A stretch of 64,000 nucleotides of DNA, from positions 9,519-73,518 of the forward strand of contig JAEZCC010000010.1 in NCBI GenBank assembly GCA_023412715.1. Reading direction: 5' to 3'. Shown piece by piece: positions 50,542 to 61,551 of the stretch. The notes below the pieces were generated by a model, which did no database searches, had not been told where the DNA came from, and saw nothing but the letters and a program-made list of their open reading frames with translations. Both the position numbers and the translations under genes were made by a program. The first letter of the stretch is position 1; each line of letters starts with the position of its first letter. This stretch comes from Bacillota bacterium. Lineage in GTDB: Bacteria; Bacillota; Clostridia; Oscillospirales; Acutalibacteraceae.

Positions 50542-51900
50542 TTAATTTTTGAGGCTTTGAATCGGCGCCGGGAGCCTTCCGCCGCGGCGTATGAACTTGA
50601 GCGGAGAAAAACGGTTGACTTCCATGACCGGGCCGCCCCCCAGAAGCCCGCCGAAGCTGACGGTGTCCCCGGCCTTTTTGCCGATGGCCGGAATCAGCCG
50701 CACGGCGGTGGTCTTGGAGTTCACCATGCCGATTGCCGCTTCGTCGGCGATAATTGCGGAGATGATTTCCGGCGGAACGTCGCCGGGGATGACAATCATG
50801 TCGAGGCCGACGCTGCAGACCGCCGTCATGGCCTCCAGCTTGGTGATGGAGAGCGAGCCGCGCTCCGCGGCGGCTATCATGCCGGCGTCCTCCGTCACGG
50901 GGATGAACGCTCCCGACAGGCCGCCCACGTGGGAAGACGCCATGACGCCGCCCTTTTTGACCGCGTCGTTCAGCAGGGCCAGCGCCGCCGTCGTGCCGTG
51001 GGCGCCGCAGCTCTCAAGCCCCATTTCTTCAAGAATGTGAGCGACGGAGTCGCCGACGGCGGGGGTGGGGGCGAGCGAAAGATCGACGATGCCGAACGGG
51101 ACGCAGAGCCTGCGGGACGCTTCCTGCGCGACAAGCTGCCCCATGCGGGTTACCTTGAACGCCGTCTTTTTGATGATGTCGGCTACGCTGCTCATGTCGC
51201 AGTCGCCGGCTTTCGCCAGAGCCGCGCGCACCACGCCGGGGCCGGAGACCCCGACGTTGATTTCGCAGTCCGGTTCGCCGGGCCCGTGGAAGGCCCCCGC
51301 CATAAACGGGTTGTCTTCCGGCGCGTTGCAGAACACGACCAGCTTGGCGGCGCCGACGCACTGCTGTTCCGCCGTCGCCTTCGCGGTCTCCAGGACGATG
51401 TGCCCCATCTTTTCGACCGCGTCCATATTGATGCCGGCTTTCGTCGTGCCGATGTTGACGGAAGAGCAGACGAACTCCGTGCGGCTCAGCGCCTCAGGAA
51501 TGCTTTCCAGCACGGCGTAGTCCCCGGGGGCGAAGCCCTTATGGACCAGCGCGGAATATCCGCCGATAAAATTGACCCCTATTGCTTTTGCTGCGCGGTC
51601 CAAGGCCAGAGCAAAACGCACGGGGTCTTTACTGGGGTATGCGGCCGCAAGCATGGCGACGGGCGTGACCGAGACGCGCTTGTGGATAATCGGGATGCCG
51701 TATTCCTTGCTGATGTCTTCCCCGGTTTTCACAAGGCCGCCCGCATAGCGGCAGATTTTATCGTAGATTTTGTCACATGCGCTGTCGATGTCCGGCCCGA
51801 TGCAGTCCAGAAGGGAAATCCCCATTGTAATGGTGCGGACGTCGAGGTTTTCGTTGTCGATCATATTGATTGTTTCAAGGATATCGTGCGAATTTATCAT
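50542..51900 (-). CDS. UPF0210 / DUF711 (PFL-like fold) protein
   Basis: [64 protein letters not shown]. Confidence 0.9.
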   Translation of the reverse strand: MINSHDILETINMIDNENLDVRTITMGISLLDCIGPDIDSACDKIYDKICRYAGGLVKTGEDISKEYGIPIIHKRVSVTPVAMLAAAYPSKDPVRFALALDRAAKAIGVNFIGGYSALVHKGFAPGDYAVLESIPEALSRTEFVCSSVNIGTTKAGINMDAVEKMGHIVLETAKATAEQQCVGAAKLVVFCNAPEDNPFMAGAFHGPGEPDCEINVGVSGPGVVRAALAKAGDCDMSSVADIIKKTAFKVTRMGQLVAQEASRRLCVPFGIVDLSLAPTPAVGDSVAHILEEMGLESCGAHGTTAALALLNDAVKKGGVMASSHVGGLSGAFIPVTEDAGMIAAAERGSLSITKLEAMTAVCSVGLDMIVIPGDVPPEIISAIIADEAAIGMVNSKTTAVRLIPAIGKKAGDTVSFGGLLGGGPVMEVNRFSPLKFIRRGGRLPAPIQSLKN

Positions 51901-51942
51901 GTCACGCTGACCTTTCCTCGTCGGTTGGATTCGCCCCGCCGG

Positions 51943-52227
51943 TCAAATCCGGTGCATGGAGTTGAAAATATCCTCGTGCATCACATGGATCTTCAGGTTC
52001 ATATCGCTTCCGGCGGCGGTAAACTGGTCAGAAAGCTGGCTGAACGGAATGGTGCATCCCGAAATGTCCACCAGCATAATCATGACGAACAGATCCTGCA
52101 GAATGGACTGCGTCACTTCCATCACATTGACGCGGTTCCGGGCGCAGATGGAAGAAACCTTTGCCAGAATGCCGATGGTATCTTTCCCAATCACGGCGAT
52201 TACTGCCCGCTCCGACTGCTTTTCCAT
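51943..52227 (-). CDS. ACT domain protein (UPF0237)
   Basis: VIGKDTIGI, EDIFNSMHRI; usual partner of UPF0210. Confidence 0.9.
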   Translation of the reverse strand: MEKQSERAVIAVIGKDTIGILAKVSSICARNRVNVMEVTQSILQDLFVMIMLVDISGCTIPFSQLSDQFTAAGSDMNLKIHVMHEDIFNSMHRI

Positions 52228-52484
52228 GCGTTTTGCCACCTTTAAGCATTTGGTATATTATGAGCGGAAAACGTCATCTTGTCAAGAGATTCGGCATCTT
52301 TCGGTAGATTCGGCTGGGAAGATGTTGGAAAAAAAGGCGCTTTTTCGGCTAAATTTTATCGCATTGCCATCTGTAATTTTCATTCGATTTATGATAACAT
52401 AAACAGGATGAAAAGAAATGAAAAAAAGAAATATGGTAAAACGCCGGAAAAGAAAAGAGCCGGTTCCGAAAGCAGGAGGGAAAA

Positions 52485-53297
52485 ATGAAATTCAGATATG
52501 TGTCCGACAGCCACATCCATACGGACTGTTCCAGAGACGGGGCCGACCCGGCTACCATGATATGCGACAGGGCCGCGAAGCTTGGGCTGTATTCCGTGAC
52601 GATTACGGACCACTGCGAATGCAACCGCTATCTGACCGACGGGTACGACAAATCCATCCGCCAGTCCATCTTTGAGGCGCATAAGGCTTCTGCTATTTTC
52701 CAGGGGAAGCTCCATGTGTATTCGGGGGTGGAGATCGGCCAGCCCATGCAGGAGCCGTCTGCGGCCGCGGATCTGTTCGAGCGGTGTGAATTTGATTTTG
52801 TCCTTGCTTCCGTGCACAACGTAAAGGGAAAAGAAGATTTTTTCGACCTGGATTATAAAAAGGAAAACCTGGAAGAAGTGCTGGAACGGTACTTCGACGA
52901 GATTTTGCAGACAATCGAATGGGGCGGCTTTGACTCGCTGGCCCATCTGACGTACCCGTGGAGATATATCGTAGGCGAACACGGAATCCCGATTGACGAC
53001 AAACGCTGGGAAAAACGCATCGACGAGGTCCTGAAGCTACTGATTGAAAAGGGCAAGGCGCTGGAGATCAACACGTCCGGGCTGCGTCAGCGTCTGGGCG
53101 TTTCCATGCCGGACCTTCCCGTCCTGCGGCGCTACCGCGAGCTTGGCGGAAGCTTGGTGACGATCGGTTCCGACGCGCACCGCTGGGCGGATGTCGGCGC
53201 GGGAATCGAGCGCGGCCTTGAGCTGCTTCAGAAGGCCGGTTTCGGCCACTTTGCCGTCTATGTTTCCCGGCAGCCGAAAATTCTGCCGATTGCGTGA
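52485..53297 (+). CDS. PHP-family histidinol phosphatase (HisJ/HisK-like)
   Basis: DSHIHT, ITDH, GVEIG, LASVH, LAHL, EINTSG, GSDAH. Confidence 0.85.
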   Translation: MKFRYVSDSHIHTDCSRDGADPATMICDRAAKLGLYSVTITDHCECNRYLTDGYDKSIRQSIFEAHKASAIFQGKLHVYSGVEIGQPMQEPSAAADLFERCEFDFVLASVHNVKGKEDFFDLDYKKENLEEVLERYFDEILQTIEWGGFDSLAHLTYPWRYIVGEHGIPIDDKRWEKRIDEVLKLLIEKGKALEINTSGLRQRLGVSMPDLPVLRRYRELGGSLVTIGSDAHRWADVGAGIERGLELLQKAGFGHFAVYVSRQPKILPIA

Positions 53298-53335
53298 GTA
53301 ACACTTAATATTTTATTGAAGGAGCGGTTGCTTTC

Positions 53336-53821
53336 ATGGATCAGCTTTTAACTCTGCTGAACGAAAACGCGAGGCTGTCCAACGCGCAGCTTGCCGTCAT
53401 GCTGGGCAGAACGGAACAGGAAATTGCCGACCAGATTGCGGAATACGAGAAGATCGGCGTCATCCGGGGGTACAAGACGCTTGTCAACTGGGAGAAAGTC
53501 GATAAAAACAAGGCGATTGCCCTCATCGAGCTGAAAGTCACCCCCAAGCGCGACCGCGGCTTTGACGAAATCGCCGGCCGCATCATGCAGTTCGAAGAGG
53601 TAGAGAGCGTTTACCTCATGTCCGGCGGGTACGACCTGGCCGTGCGCGTGCACGGCAAAAGCATGCAGGACATCGCCATGTTTGTCATGCGCCGGCTTTC
53701 CACGCTCGATTCTGTCCTGTCTACCGCCACGCACTTTATCCTGACCCGCTATAAGGAAAACGGCGTCATCATGAACCCGGAGGAAGAGCAGGATGAGCGG
53801 AGGAGTGTGTTCAGTGATTGA
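53336..53821 (+). CDS. Lrp/AsnC transcriptional regulator (AlaR/YugG-like)
   Basis: LNENARLS HTH; YLMSGGYDL; TATHFIL. Confidence 0.9.
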   Translation: MDQLLTLLNENARLSNAQLAVMLGRTEQEIADQIAEYEKIGVIRGYKTLVNWEKVDKNKAIALIELKVTPKRDRGFDEIAGRIMQFEEVESVYLMSGGYDLAVRVHGKSMQDIAMFVMRRLSTLDSVLSTATHFILTRYKENGVIMNPEEEQDERRSVFSD

Positions 53822-54992
53822 CTACGAACGGATTCTGAACCGTTCAGTCCAGAATCTGAAACCTTCCGGAATCCGGCGCTTTTTCGACATTGCGAACGAG
53901 ATGGAAGGTGTAATTTCCCTTTCCATCGGCGAGCCGGACTTCAACACCCCCTGGCACGTCAGACAGGAGGGGATCCGCTCGCTGGAGGACGGGAAAACAT
54001 GGTATACCCCAAACCGCGGGTTTCTGGAGCTTCGGCAGGAAATCGGCCGCTTTGTCAAAATGCACTATCAGCTGGAATACGACCCGAAGACCCAGATCCT
54101 GGTCACGGTCGGCGGAAGCGAAGCAATCGACCTCTGCCTGCGCTGCCTTGTCAACCCGGGGGACGAGGTGCTGATTCCGGAGCCGAGCTTTGTCTGCTAC
54201 ACGCCGCTGACGAGCATGGCCGGGGGGATCCCCGTTCCCATCGAGACAAGGCAGGAGGACAGGTTCCGCCTGACGCCCGACGCCCTGCGCAGAAAAATCA
54301 CGCCGAAAACAAAGCTGCTGATTCTTCCGTTCCCCAACAACCCGACGGGGGCCGTCATGCACCGCGCCGACCTTGAGGCCGTCGCCCAGGTCGTGAAAGA
54401 ATACGGCCTTTTTGTCGTCTCGGACGAAATCTACAGCGAGCTGACATACGGCGATACGCGCCATGTTTCCATAGCCTCCGCCGACGGCATGGCGGAGCGC
54501 ACGGTCGTCATCAACGGCTTTTCCAAAACCTTTGCCATGACGGGCTGGCGCCTCGGCTACGCCGCCGGCCCTGAAAAAATCATAGGCCAGATGACCAAGC
54601 TGCACCAGTACGGCATTATGAGCGCGCCGACCACGGCGCAGTACGCCGCCATTGAAGCGCTCAAAAACGGGGAAAGCGACATTGCCGAAATGCGTTCCCA
54701 GTACGACGCGCGCCGCCGCCTGGTGGTCAGCGAGTTCAATTCCATGGGTCTGACCTGCTTTGAGCCGGAGGGCGCTTTCTATGTCTTTCCGTCCATCCAG
54801 AGCACCGGCCTTTCTTCCGAAGAATTCTGCAAGCGCCTTCTGTACTCCGAGCATGTCGCGGTGATTCCGGGCAACGCGTTCGGCGGCTGCGGCGAGGGCT
54901 TCGTGCGCGTTTCGTATTCGTATTCGATCCGGCATATTACGGAGGCGCTTTCGCGCATCCGCCGCTTCCTTGCGACGCTGCCGCGGCAATGA
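53814..54992 (+). CDS. Class I/II PLP aminotransferase (AlaT/YugH-like)
   Basis: PSGIRRFF, GEPDF, PNNPTG, SDEIY, FSKTFAMTGWRLG; GTG start overlapping the Lrp gene. Confidence 0.9.
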   Translation: MIDYERILNRSVQNLKPSGIRRFFDIANEMEGVISLSIGEPDFNTPWHVRQEGIRSLEDGKTWYTPNRGFLELRQEIGRFVKMHYQLEYDPKTQILVTVGGSEAIDLCLRCLVNPGDEVLIPEPSFVCYTPLTSMAGGIPVPIETRQEDRFRLTPDALRRKITPKTKLLILPFPNNPTGAVMHRADLEAVAQVVKEYGLFVVSDEIYSELTYGDTRHVSIASADGMAERTVVINGFSKTFAMTGWRLGYAAGPEKIIGQMTKLHQYGIMSAPTTAQYAAIEALKNGESDIAEMRSQYDARRRLVVSEFNSMGLTCFEPEGAFYVFPSIQSTGLSSEEFCKRLLYSEHVAVIPGNAFGGCGEGFVRVSYSYSIRHITEALSRIRRFLATLPRQ

Positions 54993-55861
54993 GAAAAATG
55001 CGGGCGTATGCCAAGATCAATCTGGCGCTGGATATCGCCGGGCGCAGGGAAGACGGCTACCACGCGATGCGCATGGTCATGCAGGACATTTCCCTGTCGG
55101 ATACGGTGACCCTGCTGGATTCGCGGGAGTTCGGCGTTGTCTGCAGTACGGAACAGGTCCCCTGCGGGCCGGAGAACACGGTCCGGAAAGCGGCCGCGGC
55201 GTTTTTTTCGTCCTGCGGGATTTGCGAACCGCGCGTTTCCTTCTGCATCCGCAAGAATATTCCCCAGCAGGCGGGGCTCGGCGGCGGGAGCGCGGACGCG
55301 GCCGCCGCGCTTGTCCTGCTGGACCGGCATTTCGGCACCGACCTTTCCCGTGGGGAGCTTTGCAGGCTTGGCCTGTCGGCCGGGGCGGACGTGCCGTTCT
55401 GCCTGCTCGGCGGGACGGCTCTCGTCGAGGGGATCGGAGAAGAGCTGAGTCCGCTGCCCCCGCTGCCCCCGTGCCGGATTTTAATCTGCAAGCCGTCGGC
55501 AGGCGTTTCGACCAAAGAGGCGTTTGCGGCTCTCGATCGCTCCGGCGGCGGTGCGGCCGCTTACACGGATGCCGTGCTGGACGCGCTGAAGGTAGGGAAT
55601 CTTCCCAAAATTGCGGCGAATCTGGGCAATGCTTTCGAACGGCTGTGCGGCCTGCCTCAGGAAGTGGAGGAGATCGAGGCGGCCATGCTGGCGGGCGGGG
55701 CGCTGGGCGCCGCCATGACGGGGAGCGGCTCCGCGGTGTTCGGGCTGTTCGGCGAAAATGACGGGGCGGCCGTGCGCTGCAGGGACGGGCTGCTTGAAAA
55801 ATATGCGGAGACGTTCCTTTGCAGGCCGGTCGGCTCCGACTGCCATGGCATGGCCGGGTGA
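54989..55861 (+). CDS. ispE: 4-diphosphocytidyl-2-C-methyl-D-erythritol kinase
   Basis: AKINLAL, IPQQAGLGGGSADAA, GADVPF, MTGSGS. Confidence 0.93.
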   Translation: MRKMRAYAKINLALDIAGRREDGYHAMRMVMQDISLSDTVTLLDSREFGVVCSTEQVPCGPENTVRKAAAAFFSSCGICEPRVSFCIRKNIPQQAGLGGGSADAAAALVLLDRHFGTDLSRGELCRLGLSAGADVPFCLLGGTALVEGIGEELSPLPPLPPCRILICKPSAGVSTKEAFAALDRSGGGAAAYTDAVLDALKVGNLPKIAANLGNAFERLCGLPQEVEEIEAAMLAGGALGAAMTGSGSAVFGLFGENDGAAVRCRDGLLEKYAETFLCRPVGSDCHGMAG

Positions 55862-55888
55862 GCTTCCGCCGGAAGAAGCATACAAAAA

Positions 55889-55926
55889 GCGCCGGAAAGG
55901 GAATTTCCCTTTCCGGCGCCCGTTTT
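55889..55926. terminator. Terminator between convergent ispE and upp
   Basis: GCGCCGGAAAGGGAA / TTCCCTTTCCGGCGC. Confidence 0.75.
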
Positions 55927-55941
55927 GTTTTCCGTTGTGTC

Positions 55942-56580
55942 TCAGAGTGTTCCGAAGATCCTGTCGCCCGCGTCGCCAAGACCGGGGACGATGTATCCGT
56001 GTTCGTTCAGGTGGTCGTCCACGGCGGCGCAGTAAAGCTGAACGTCCGGGTGGGCTTTCGTGAAGGTTTCAATCCCGGCAGGCGCGGCGATAATGCACAT
56101 GAATTTGATGCTTTTCGGGTGGCTGCGCTTGATGATTGTGACGGCGTCCACGGAAGAGCCGCCGGTCGCGAGCATGGGGTCCAGAACGATGACGTCGCGC
56201 TGATCGATGTCGTTCGGCAGCTTGCTGTAATACTCGACGGGCTTCAGCGTTTTCGGGTCGCGGTACAGGCCGATATGCCCGACTTTTGCGGCGGGCACCA
56301 GTGAGAGGACCCCGTCCACCATGCCGAGCCCGGCCCGAAGGATGGGGATGAAGGCGAGTTTTCTGCCGGCAATCACTTTTGTTTTCGCGACGGCGACAGG
56401 CGTTTCGACCGTCGTTTCTTCCAGCGGCAGGTCGCGTGTAGCCTCATAGCAGAGCAGCATGGCGATCTCGCTGACCAGCTGACGGAAATCTTTCGCGCCG
56501 GTGTTCTTGTCGCGCAGATAGGTCAGCTTGTGCTGGATCAGCGGATGATCCATAATAAATACGTTTTTATTGTTTTCCAT
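55942..56580 (-). CDS. upp: Uracil phosphoribosyltransferase
   Basis: [35 protein letters not shown]. Confidence 0.96.
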   Translation of the reverse strand: MENNKNVFIMDHPLIQHKLTYLRDKNTGAKDFRQLVSEIAMLLCYEATRDLPLEETTVETPVAVAKTKVIAGRKLAFIPILRAGLGMVDGVLSLVPAAKVGHIGLYRDPKTLKPVEYYSKLPNDIDQRDVIVLDPMLATGGSSVDAVTIIKRSHPKSIKFMCIIAAPAGIETFTKAHPDVQLYCAAVDDHLNEHGYIVPGLGDAGDRIFGTL

Positions 56581-56610
56581 GTCCCTAACCTCCTGAATTT
56601 TGCCGGCCGT

Positions 56611-57054
56611 TCAGAGTTCGCCCCGTTCGATGGCGGCAATCTCGTCGACCCGTCTCTGGTGGCGGCCTCCGTCGAATTCCGTGTTCAGAAACAGCTTTGA
56701 AAATTCGACCGCCTGGTCTTCGCTGATTACCCTGCCGCCCATGCACAGAACGTTTGCGTCGTTATGGTGGCGGGTGATTTCCGCGCAATAGGCGTTGTCG
56801 CAGACCGCCGCGCGAATCCCTTTGACCTTGTTCGCGGCCATGCTCATGCCGATTCCCGTGCCGCAGCACAGAATGCCCTTTTCGGCTTTGCCGTCGGCGA
56901 CAAAATGGGCCACCTTGGCCGCAATCGGCGCATAGTCGACGGAGTTTTCGTCAAAGGTCCCGAAATCCCGGTACTCGATTTTTTCGGAATCCAGATATTT
57001 TTTAACGGCATCCTTCAGTTTTACGCCGCCGTGGTCGGCCCCGAGAGCAATCAT
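56611..57054 (-). CDS. rpiB: Ribose-5-phosphate isomerase B
   Basis: GADHGG, CGTGIG, ANKVKGIRA, HNDAN, GGRHQRR. Confidence 0.95.
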   Translation of the reverse strand: MIALGADHGGVKLKDAVKKYLDSEKIEYRDFGTFDENSVDYAPIAAKVAHFVADGKAEKGILCCGTGIGMSMAANKVKGIRAAVCDNAYCAEITRHHNDANVLCMGGRVISEDQAVEFSKLFLNTEFDGGRHQRRVDEIAAIERGEL

Positions 57055-57076
57055 AAATCCTGCCTCCATTTTAAAT

Positions 57077-57790
57077 TCATTTATTTTGAAAGGGTGCCGT
57101 TTTCCGTTTCAGCGAGCGCTCCGCCTGTGCGGGGCGCAGATAAACCGGCACCAAAGCGGACGGGGAAACGGCGCCTCCGTTCCGGAAGACGGCTTCCGCC
57201 GAACGGGCCACCCCCGAAGCGCGCTGAAAAATCAGCGTTTCCGGGGGAAGAACCGCCTCAACCGCCTGAAAACCGGTATTATTATAGCATAGTTTCGCCC
57301 CGTCACCAACTAAAAAGATGGGTTTCGGGTATTTTTTACATTCTTCCGCAAGCTCCGCAATCGGGACGGCCCGGTCCGGGGTCAGCCGTTCGGGCGAGCT
57401 TCCGTTCAGCGTGAACACCGCGTTGTAGACCTGCTTGCAGCGCGCGTCCATGACCGCGCAGGCCGTCCCCGTAAGGTGAGAGAGGTTCTGCGCGATCGCT
57501 TCCAGCGTGGAGATGCCCGCACAGGGCTTGTTTTCCGGCATGGCAAGCCCTTTTACGCTCGCGATGCCGATACGGATGCCGGTAAAGGAACCCGGCCCCG
57601 CGGAAACCGCCAGCAGGTCCACGTCTTTCAGCGGGACGCGCGCGGTCTCGAGAAGGCCGCGGATCATCGGCATTAAAGTCCGGCTGTGCGTCAGGCCGTT
57701 GTTGCAGTAAAATTCACCGAGGATTTTTCCGTCCTGCACCAAAGCCGCGGAGGCCGCCGCGGCTGACGAATCGACCGCAAGTATAATCAA
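57077..57790 (-). CDS. tsaB: tRNA threonylcarbamoyladenosine biosynthesis protein TsaB
   Basis: ILAVDSS, THS, GPGSFTGIRIG, MDAR, PVYLR; TTG start overlapping the tsaE stop. Confidence 0.92.
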   Translation of the reverse strand: MIILAVDSSAAAASAALVQDGKILGEFYCNNGLTHSRTLMPMIRGLLETARVPLKDVDLLAVSAGPGSFTGIRIGIASVKGLAMPENKPCAGISTLEAIAQNLSHLTGTACAVMDARCKQVYNAVFTLNGSSPERLTPDRAVPIAELAEECKKYPKPIFLVGDGAKLCYNNTGFQAVEAVLPPETLIFQRASGVARSAEAVFRNGGAVSPSALVPVYLRPAQAERSLKRKTAPFQNK

Positions 57791-58212
57791 AGGTCCATCC
57801 CTTCCAAAGTCAGAATACGCTGGCTGTCCGTTCCTCCCCGCCGAAGACGGATCCGCACGGCGCTTTCCGGCAGGGCGTTTTCTATGTTTTCGCTCCATTC
57901 GACAATCAGCACGCCGCCGGAATCGAGGTAATCGAAAAAACCGGTGGAATACAAATCGTCCCAGCTTTCGATGCGGTACATGTCGAAATGGTAGACCGGC
58001 AGCCGGCCGCGGTACTCGTGCACCAGGGCGAACGTTGGGCTTGAAACGCCGCCGGCGACGCCAAGGCCGCGGGCGATTCCCCGGGTCAGGGCGGTTTTTC
58101 CCGCGCCCATTTCCCCGGACAGGGCAATGACTTCGCCGCCGGTCAGCTTTTCCGCAATTTTTTCGCCCAGCGCTTCGGTTTCTTCCGGCGACCGGGTCAG
58201 GAATTCACGCAT
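57787..58212 (-). CDS. tsaE: tRNA threonylcarbamoyladenosine biosynthesis ATPase TsaE
   Basis: GEMGAGKT, SSPTF, HFDMYR, VEW. Confidence 0.93.
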   Translation of the reverse strand: MREFLTRSPEETEALGEKIAEKLTGGEVIALSGEMGAGKTALTRGIARGLGVAGGVSSPTFALVHEYRGRLPVYHFDMYRIESWDDLYSTGFFDYLDSGGVLIVEWSENIENALPESAVRIRLRRGGTDSQRILTLEGMDL

Positions 58213-58230
58213 ATCTTCCACGCTTCCGCT

Positions 58231-59904
58231 TTAGAAAAGTCCGGTGATTCTGCCGTCGTTGTCCACGTCGATATTCTCGGCTGCCGGGTGCTTCGGCAGG
58301 CCCGGCATGGTCAGAATGTCCCCGGCGTATGCGACGACAAAGCCAGCGCCGTTGTTCAGCCTCAGGTCGCGCACGGTGATGCTGAAACCGGTCGGCCTGC
58401 CCAGCAGCTTCGGGTTGTCCGAGAGGGAATACTGCGTTTTTGCGATGCAGACGGGCAGCTTGTCCGCGCCGAACGCCTCAATCTCCTTGAGGGATTTTTT
58501 CGCCTGGGCGGTGAAGACGACGCCGTCCGCGCCGTAGATCTCGCGGCAGATTGCCGTGACTTTTTCCGTGACGGGCGCTTCGTCGGGGTAAAGCGGATGA
58601 AAATGGGAAGGGGTTTCCGCGAGGGCGCAGACTTTTTCCGCGAGGTCGATTCCGCCCGCGCCGCCCTTTGCGAAGACCTCGCAGAGCGAAAATCCGGCGC
58701 CGTGCTCGCGGCAGTATTCTTCGATGAAGCCGAGTTCTTCCTCGTCGTCGTTTTCAAACCGGTTGATGGCCACGACGACCGGGATGCCGAATTTTTTGAG
58801 GTTCTCGATATGCGCGCCGAGGTTCACGATGCCGGCCCTGAGGGCTTCCGGATTTTTCCGCGAGGTTTCCTGCTTCGGCACGCCGCCGTTGTATTTGAGG
58901 GCGCGGGCCGTCGCGACCAGCACGGCGGCGTCCGGCGTGAGGCCGGTCAGGCGGCACTTGATGTCCATAAATTTCTCCGCGCCGAGGTCGGAGCCGAAGC
59001 CGGCCTCCGTCACGCAGTAATCGCCGAGCTTTAGGGCGAGGCGGGTTGCCCGGACCGAGTTGCACCCGTGCGCGATGTTGGCGAAGGGGCCGCCGTGCAC
59101 AAGGGCGGGCGTGCCCTCCAGCGTCTGCACAAGGTTCGGGTTCACGGCGTCCTTCAGCAGTGCGGCCATCGCGCCCTGCGCTTTCAGGTCGCGCGCGAAA
59201 ACGGGCTGCCCGGAATACGTATACCCCACGAGGATGCGGCCCATGCGCTCTTTTAAATCGCCGAGGTCCTCGGCCAGGCAGAAAGCGGCCATCACTTCCG
59301 TCGCGACGGTGATGCAGAACGAGTCCTGCCGCGGCGTGCCGTGCGCTTTGCCGCCGAGGCCGGCGATGATGCTGCGCAGCTCGCGGTCGTTCATATCCAT
59401 GCAGCGCGTCAGAAGGATGCGCCGCGGGTCGATGCCAAGCTCGTTCCCCTGCTGGATGTGGTTGTCGAGCAGGGCGCACAGCAGGTTGTTTGCGGAAGTG
59501 ATTGCGTGAAAGTCGCCCGTAAAATGCAGGTTGATGTCTTCCATCGGCACGACCTGCGCGTATCCGCCCCCGGCGGCGCCGCCCTTTACCCCGAACACGG
59601 GCCCGAGGGAAGGCTCGCGCAGGGCCAGCACGGCTTTTTTCCCGATCCTTGCCATTGCCTCTGCGAGGCCGATGGAAACGGTGGTCTTTCCTTCCCCCGC
59701 GGGAGTCGGGTTGATGGCGGTGACCAGAATCAGCCTGCCGTCCCTTTTCCCGGCAAGCCGCCGGTACAGCTTGTCGTTCAGCTTTGCCTTGAATCTGCCG
59801 TACGGTTCCAGCTCGTCCTCAAGAATGCCGAATTCCGACGCAATCTGAGAGATCGGCCTCATTTTCGTCTGCTGTGCAATTTCAATATCAGAAAGCATGC
59901 TCAT
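58231..59904 (-). CDS. fhs: Formate-tetrahydrofolate ligase
   Basis: [43 protein letters not shown]. Confidence 0.97.
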   Translation of the reverse strand: MSMLSDIEIAQQTKMRPISQIASEFGILEDELEPYGRFKAKLNDKLYRRLAGKRDGRLILVTAINPTPAGEGKTTVSIGLAEAMARIGKKAVLALREPSLGPVFGVKGGAAGGGYAQVVPMEDINLHFTGDFHAITSANNLLCALLDNHIQQGNELGIDPRRILLTRCMDMNDRELRSIIAGLGGKAHGTPRQDSFCITVATEVMAAFCLAEDLGDLKERMGRILVGYTYSGQPVFARDLKAQGAMAALLKDAVNPNLVQTLEGTPALVHGGPFANIAHGCNSVRATRLALKLGDYCVTEAGFGSDLGAEKFMDIKCRLTGLTPDAAVLVATARALKYNGGVPKQETSRKNPEALRAGIVNLGAHIENLKKFGIPVVVAINRFENDDEEELGFIEEYCREHGAGFSLCEVFAKGGAGGIDLAEKVCALAETPSHFHPLYPDEAPVTEKVTAICREIYGADGVVFTAQAKKSLKEIEAFGADKLPVCIAKTQYSLSDNPKLLGRPTGFSITVRDLRLNNGAGFVVAYAGDILTMPGLPKHPAAENIDVDNDGRITGLF

Positions 59905-60040
59905 TCTCCACGGCCTTTACACAGAAATTATCAAAATTATAACACATTCCGTCAGAATAAGAAATACCGGCGCACAATAATTGCAGATATCTTGCATGTT
60001 TTGCCGATCCATTCTATAATGGGCACAGTGAGGTGAAGTC

Positions 60041-61204
60041 ATGCGGGTTTTGAAGTCCGTAACCGGCTATTTGAAACGTGCGGATAAATTTTACTGGCTC
60101 ATCATGCTGACGATTTCGGCATACAGCCTGCTGCTGATCCGGACGGTTCCGCCGTCGGACACCGCGGGGAAGAGCTATTTTACGACCATGCTTCTGGCCG
60201 TGACGCTGGGCTATATCGGTGCCGTCGTATTCACGATGATCGATTACCGTGAGATGGCGAATTACTGGTACCTGATTGCCGGATTCTGTATTTTTCTGAT
60301 GCTGTACACCCTTAAATTCGGCAATGCGGTGACGAACACCGGCGGGGTCAACGCAAGGGCCTGGATCAGCCTGGGCGGCACGTCGTTTCAGCCGAGCGAG
60401 CTTGTAAAAATAGGGTTCATGATCACTTTTGCAAAGCATATTACGGCGCTGGAAGAGCGCGGGCTTCTGAAATCGCCGCTTCATGTTTTGCTGCTGGCCT
60501 GCCATGCGCTGATTCCCATCGCCATTGTGCACGTGCAGGGCGACGACGGCGCGGGAATCATTTTCTTCTGCATGTTCCTCGCCATGGCGTTCGGCGCGGG
60601 GATACAGCTGCGCTATTTTGCGGCGCTGTTCGCCGCAATCGGCATTTCGCTGCCGCTTGCGTGGAAATATGTGCTGCAGGATTACCAGAAACAGCGCTTT
60701 CTTGCGGCTTACCAGCTGGATTCGAACACCACGGCGGTCATGCAGTACGGGTGGCAGCAGATACAGGGCAGGACCTCCATCGGCAGCGGCGGACTGTGGG
60801 GCCGGGGGCTCTTTCACAGCCCCCGCGTCAACAAGGGGCTTGTGCCGGTGCAGCAGAGCGACTTTATTTTTTCCGTTGCGGGCGAGCAGCTTGGGTTCGT
60901 GGGATGCTGCGCGATTATTTTTCTTCTTCTCCTTCTTCTGTGGAGGACCATCCATATTGCGCGGCGTTCGCCTGAACTGCTGGGGAGCACCATCTGCATG
61001 GGATTTTTCGGAATGATTGCGGCGCAGATGATTTTCAACCTCGGCATGTGCCTGGATCTTCTGCCCGTGATGGGAGTGACGCTTCCGTTTTTCAGCTACG
61101 GCGGATCCTCCGCGCTGTGCCTCTACCTTGGCTTCGGCCTGGTGCAGAACGTCCACATGCACCGCAAGGATACCGACAGGGTGAGCCTGCACCGAAAGCT
61201 GTAA
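60041..61204 (+). CDS. SEDS family glycosyltransferase (RodA/FtsW/SpoVE)
   Basis: ARAWI, FQPSELVK, IGSGG, SDFIF, GEQLGF, GVTLPFFSYGGS. Confidence 0.92.
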   Translation: MRVLKSVTGYLKRADKFYWLIMLTISAYSLLLIRTVPPSDTAGKSYFTTMLLAVTLGYIGAVVFTMIDYREMANYWYLIAGFCIFLMLYTLKFGNAVTNTGGVNARAWISLGGTSFQPSELVKIGFMITFAKHITALEERGLLKSPLHVLLLACHALIPIAIVHVQGDDGAGIIFFCMFLAMAFGAGIQLRYFAALFAAIGISLPLAWKYVLQDYQKQRFLAAYQLDSNTTAVMQYGWQQIQGRTSIGSGGLWGRGLFHSPRVNKGLVPVQQSDFIFSVAGEQLGFVGCCAIIFLLLLLLWRTIHIARRSPELLGSTICMGFFGMIAAQMIFNLGMCLDLLPVMGVTLPFFSYGGSSALCLYLGFGLVQNVHMHRKDTDRVSLHRKL

Positions 61205-61221
61205 GCACAGGCGGTTTGATG

Positions 61222-61268
61222 AAAAAGGAATCCCTTTCCGACGGCTTTCGGAAAGGGATTCCTTTTTT
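61222..61268. terminator. Bidirectional intrinsic terminator
   Basis: AAAAAGGAATCCCTTTCCGA / TCGGAAAGGGATTCCTTTTT. Confidence 0.85.
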
Positions 61269-61293
61269 GTGCGTATGCATGCGGCCGGCGGCG

Positions 61294-61500
61294 TCAGGGC
61301 TGTTTCCTGCTTTGACCGCGCCTGGTGGGGGAGGCCGCCTTTTCCAGCATGACGACCCCTTCTTCTTCGTCGACGGTAAGCACGGCGCCCGCGCCGGCCC
61401 CTTTCGGGAGCTCCGACGTCGGGATCGCGAAATATTTTTTATCCTTGTCCGTGCAGATGGCGTAGATCCCTTCCATTCTGTCAATGGTCAGCGTTTTCAT
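61294..61500 (-). CDS. DUF3006 domain protein
   Basis: IDRMEG.YAI, LPKGA..G.VL; typical neighbour of ComEC-like MBL genes; SD GGGAGG. Confidence 0.75.
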   Translation of the reverse strand: MKTLTIDRMEGIYAICTDKDKKYFAIPTSELPKGAGAGAVLTVDEEEGVVMLEKAASPTRRGQSRKQP

Positions 61501-61551
61501 AAAAGTTCCTCCCGTTGTTTCTGAACTTAATTTTACCCGAAAGGGAAACGG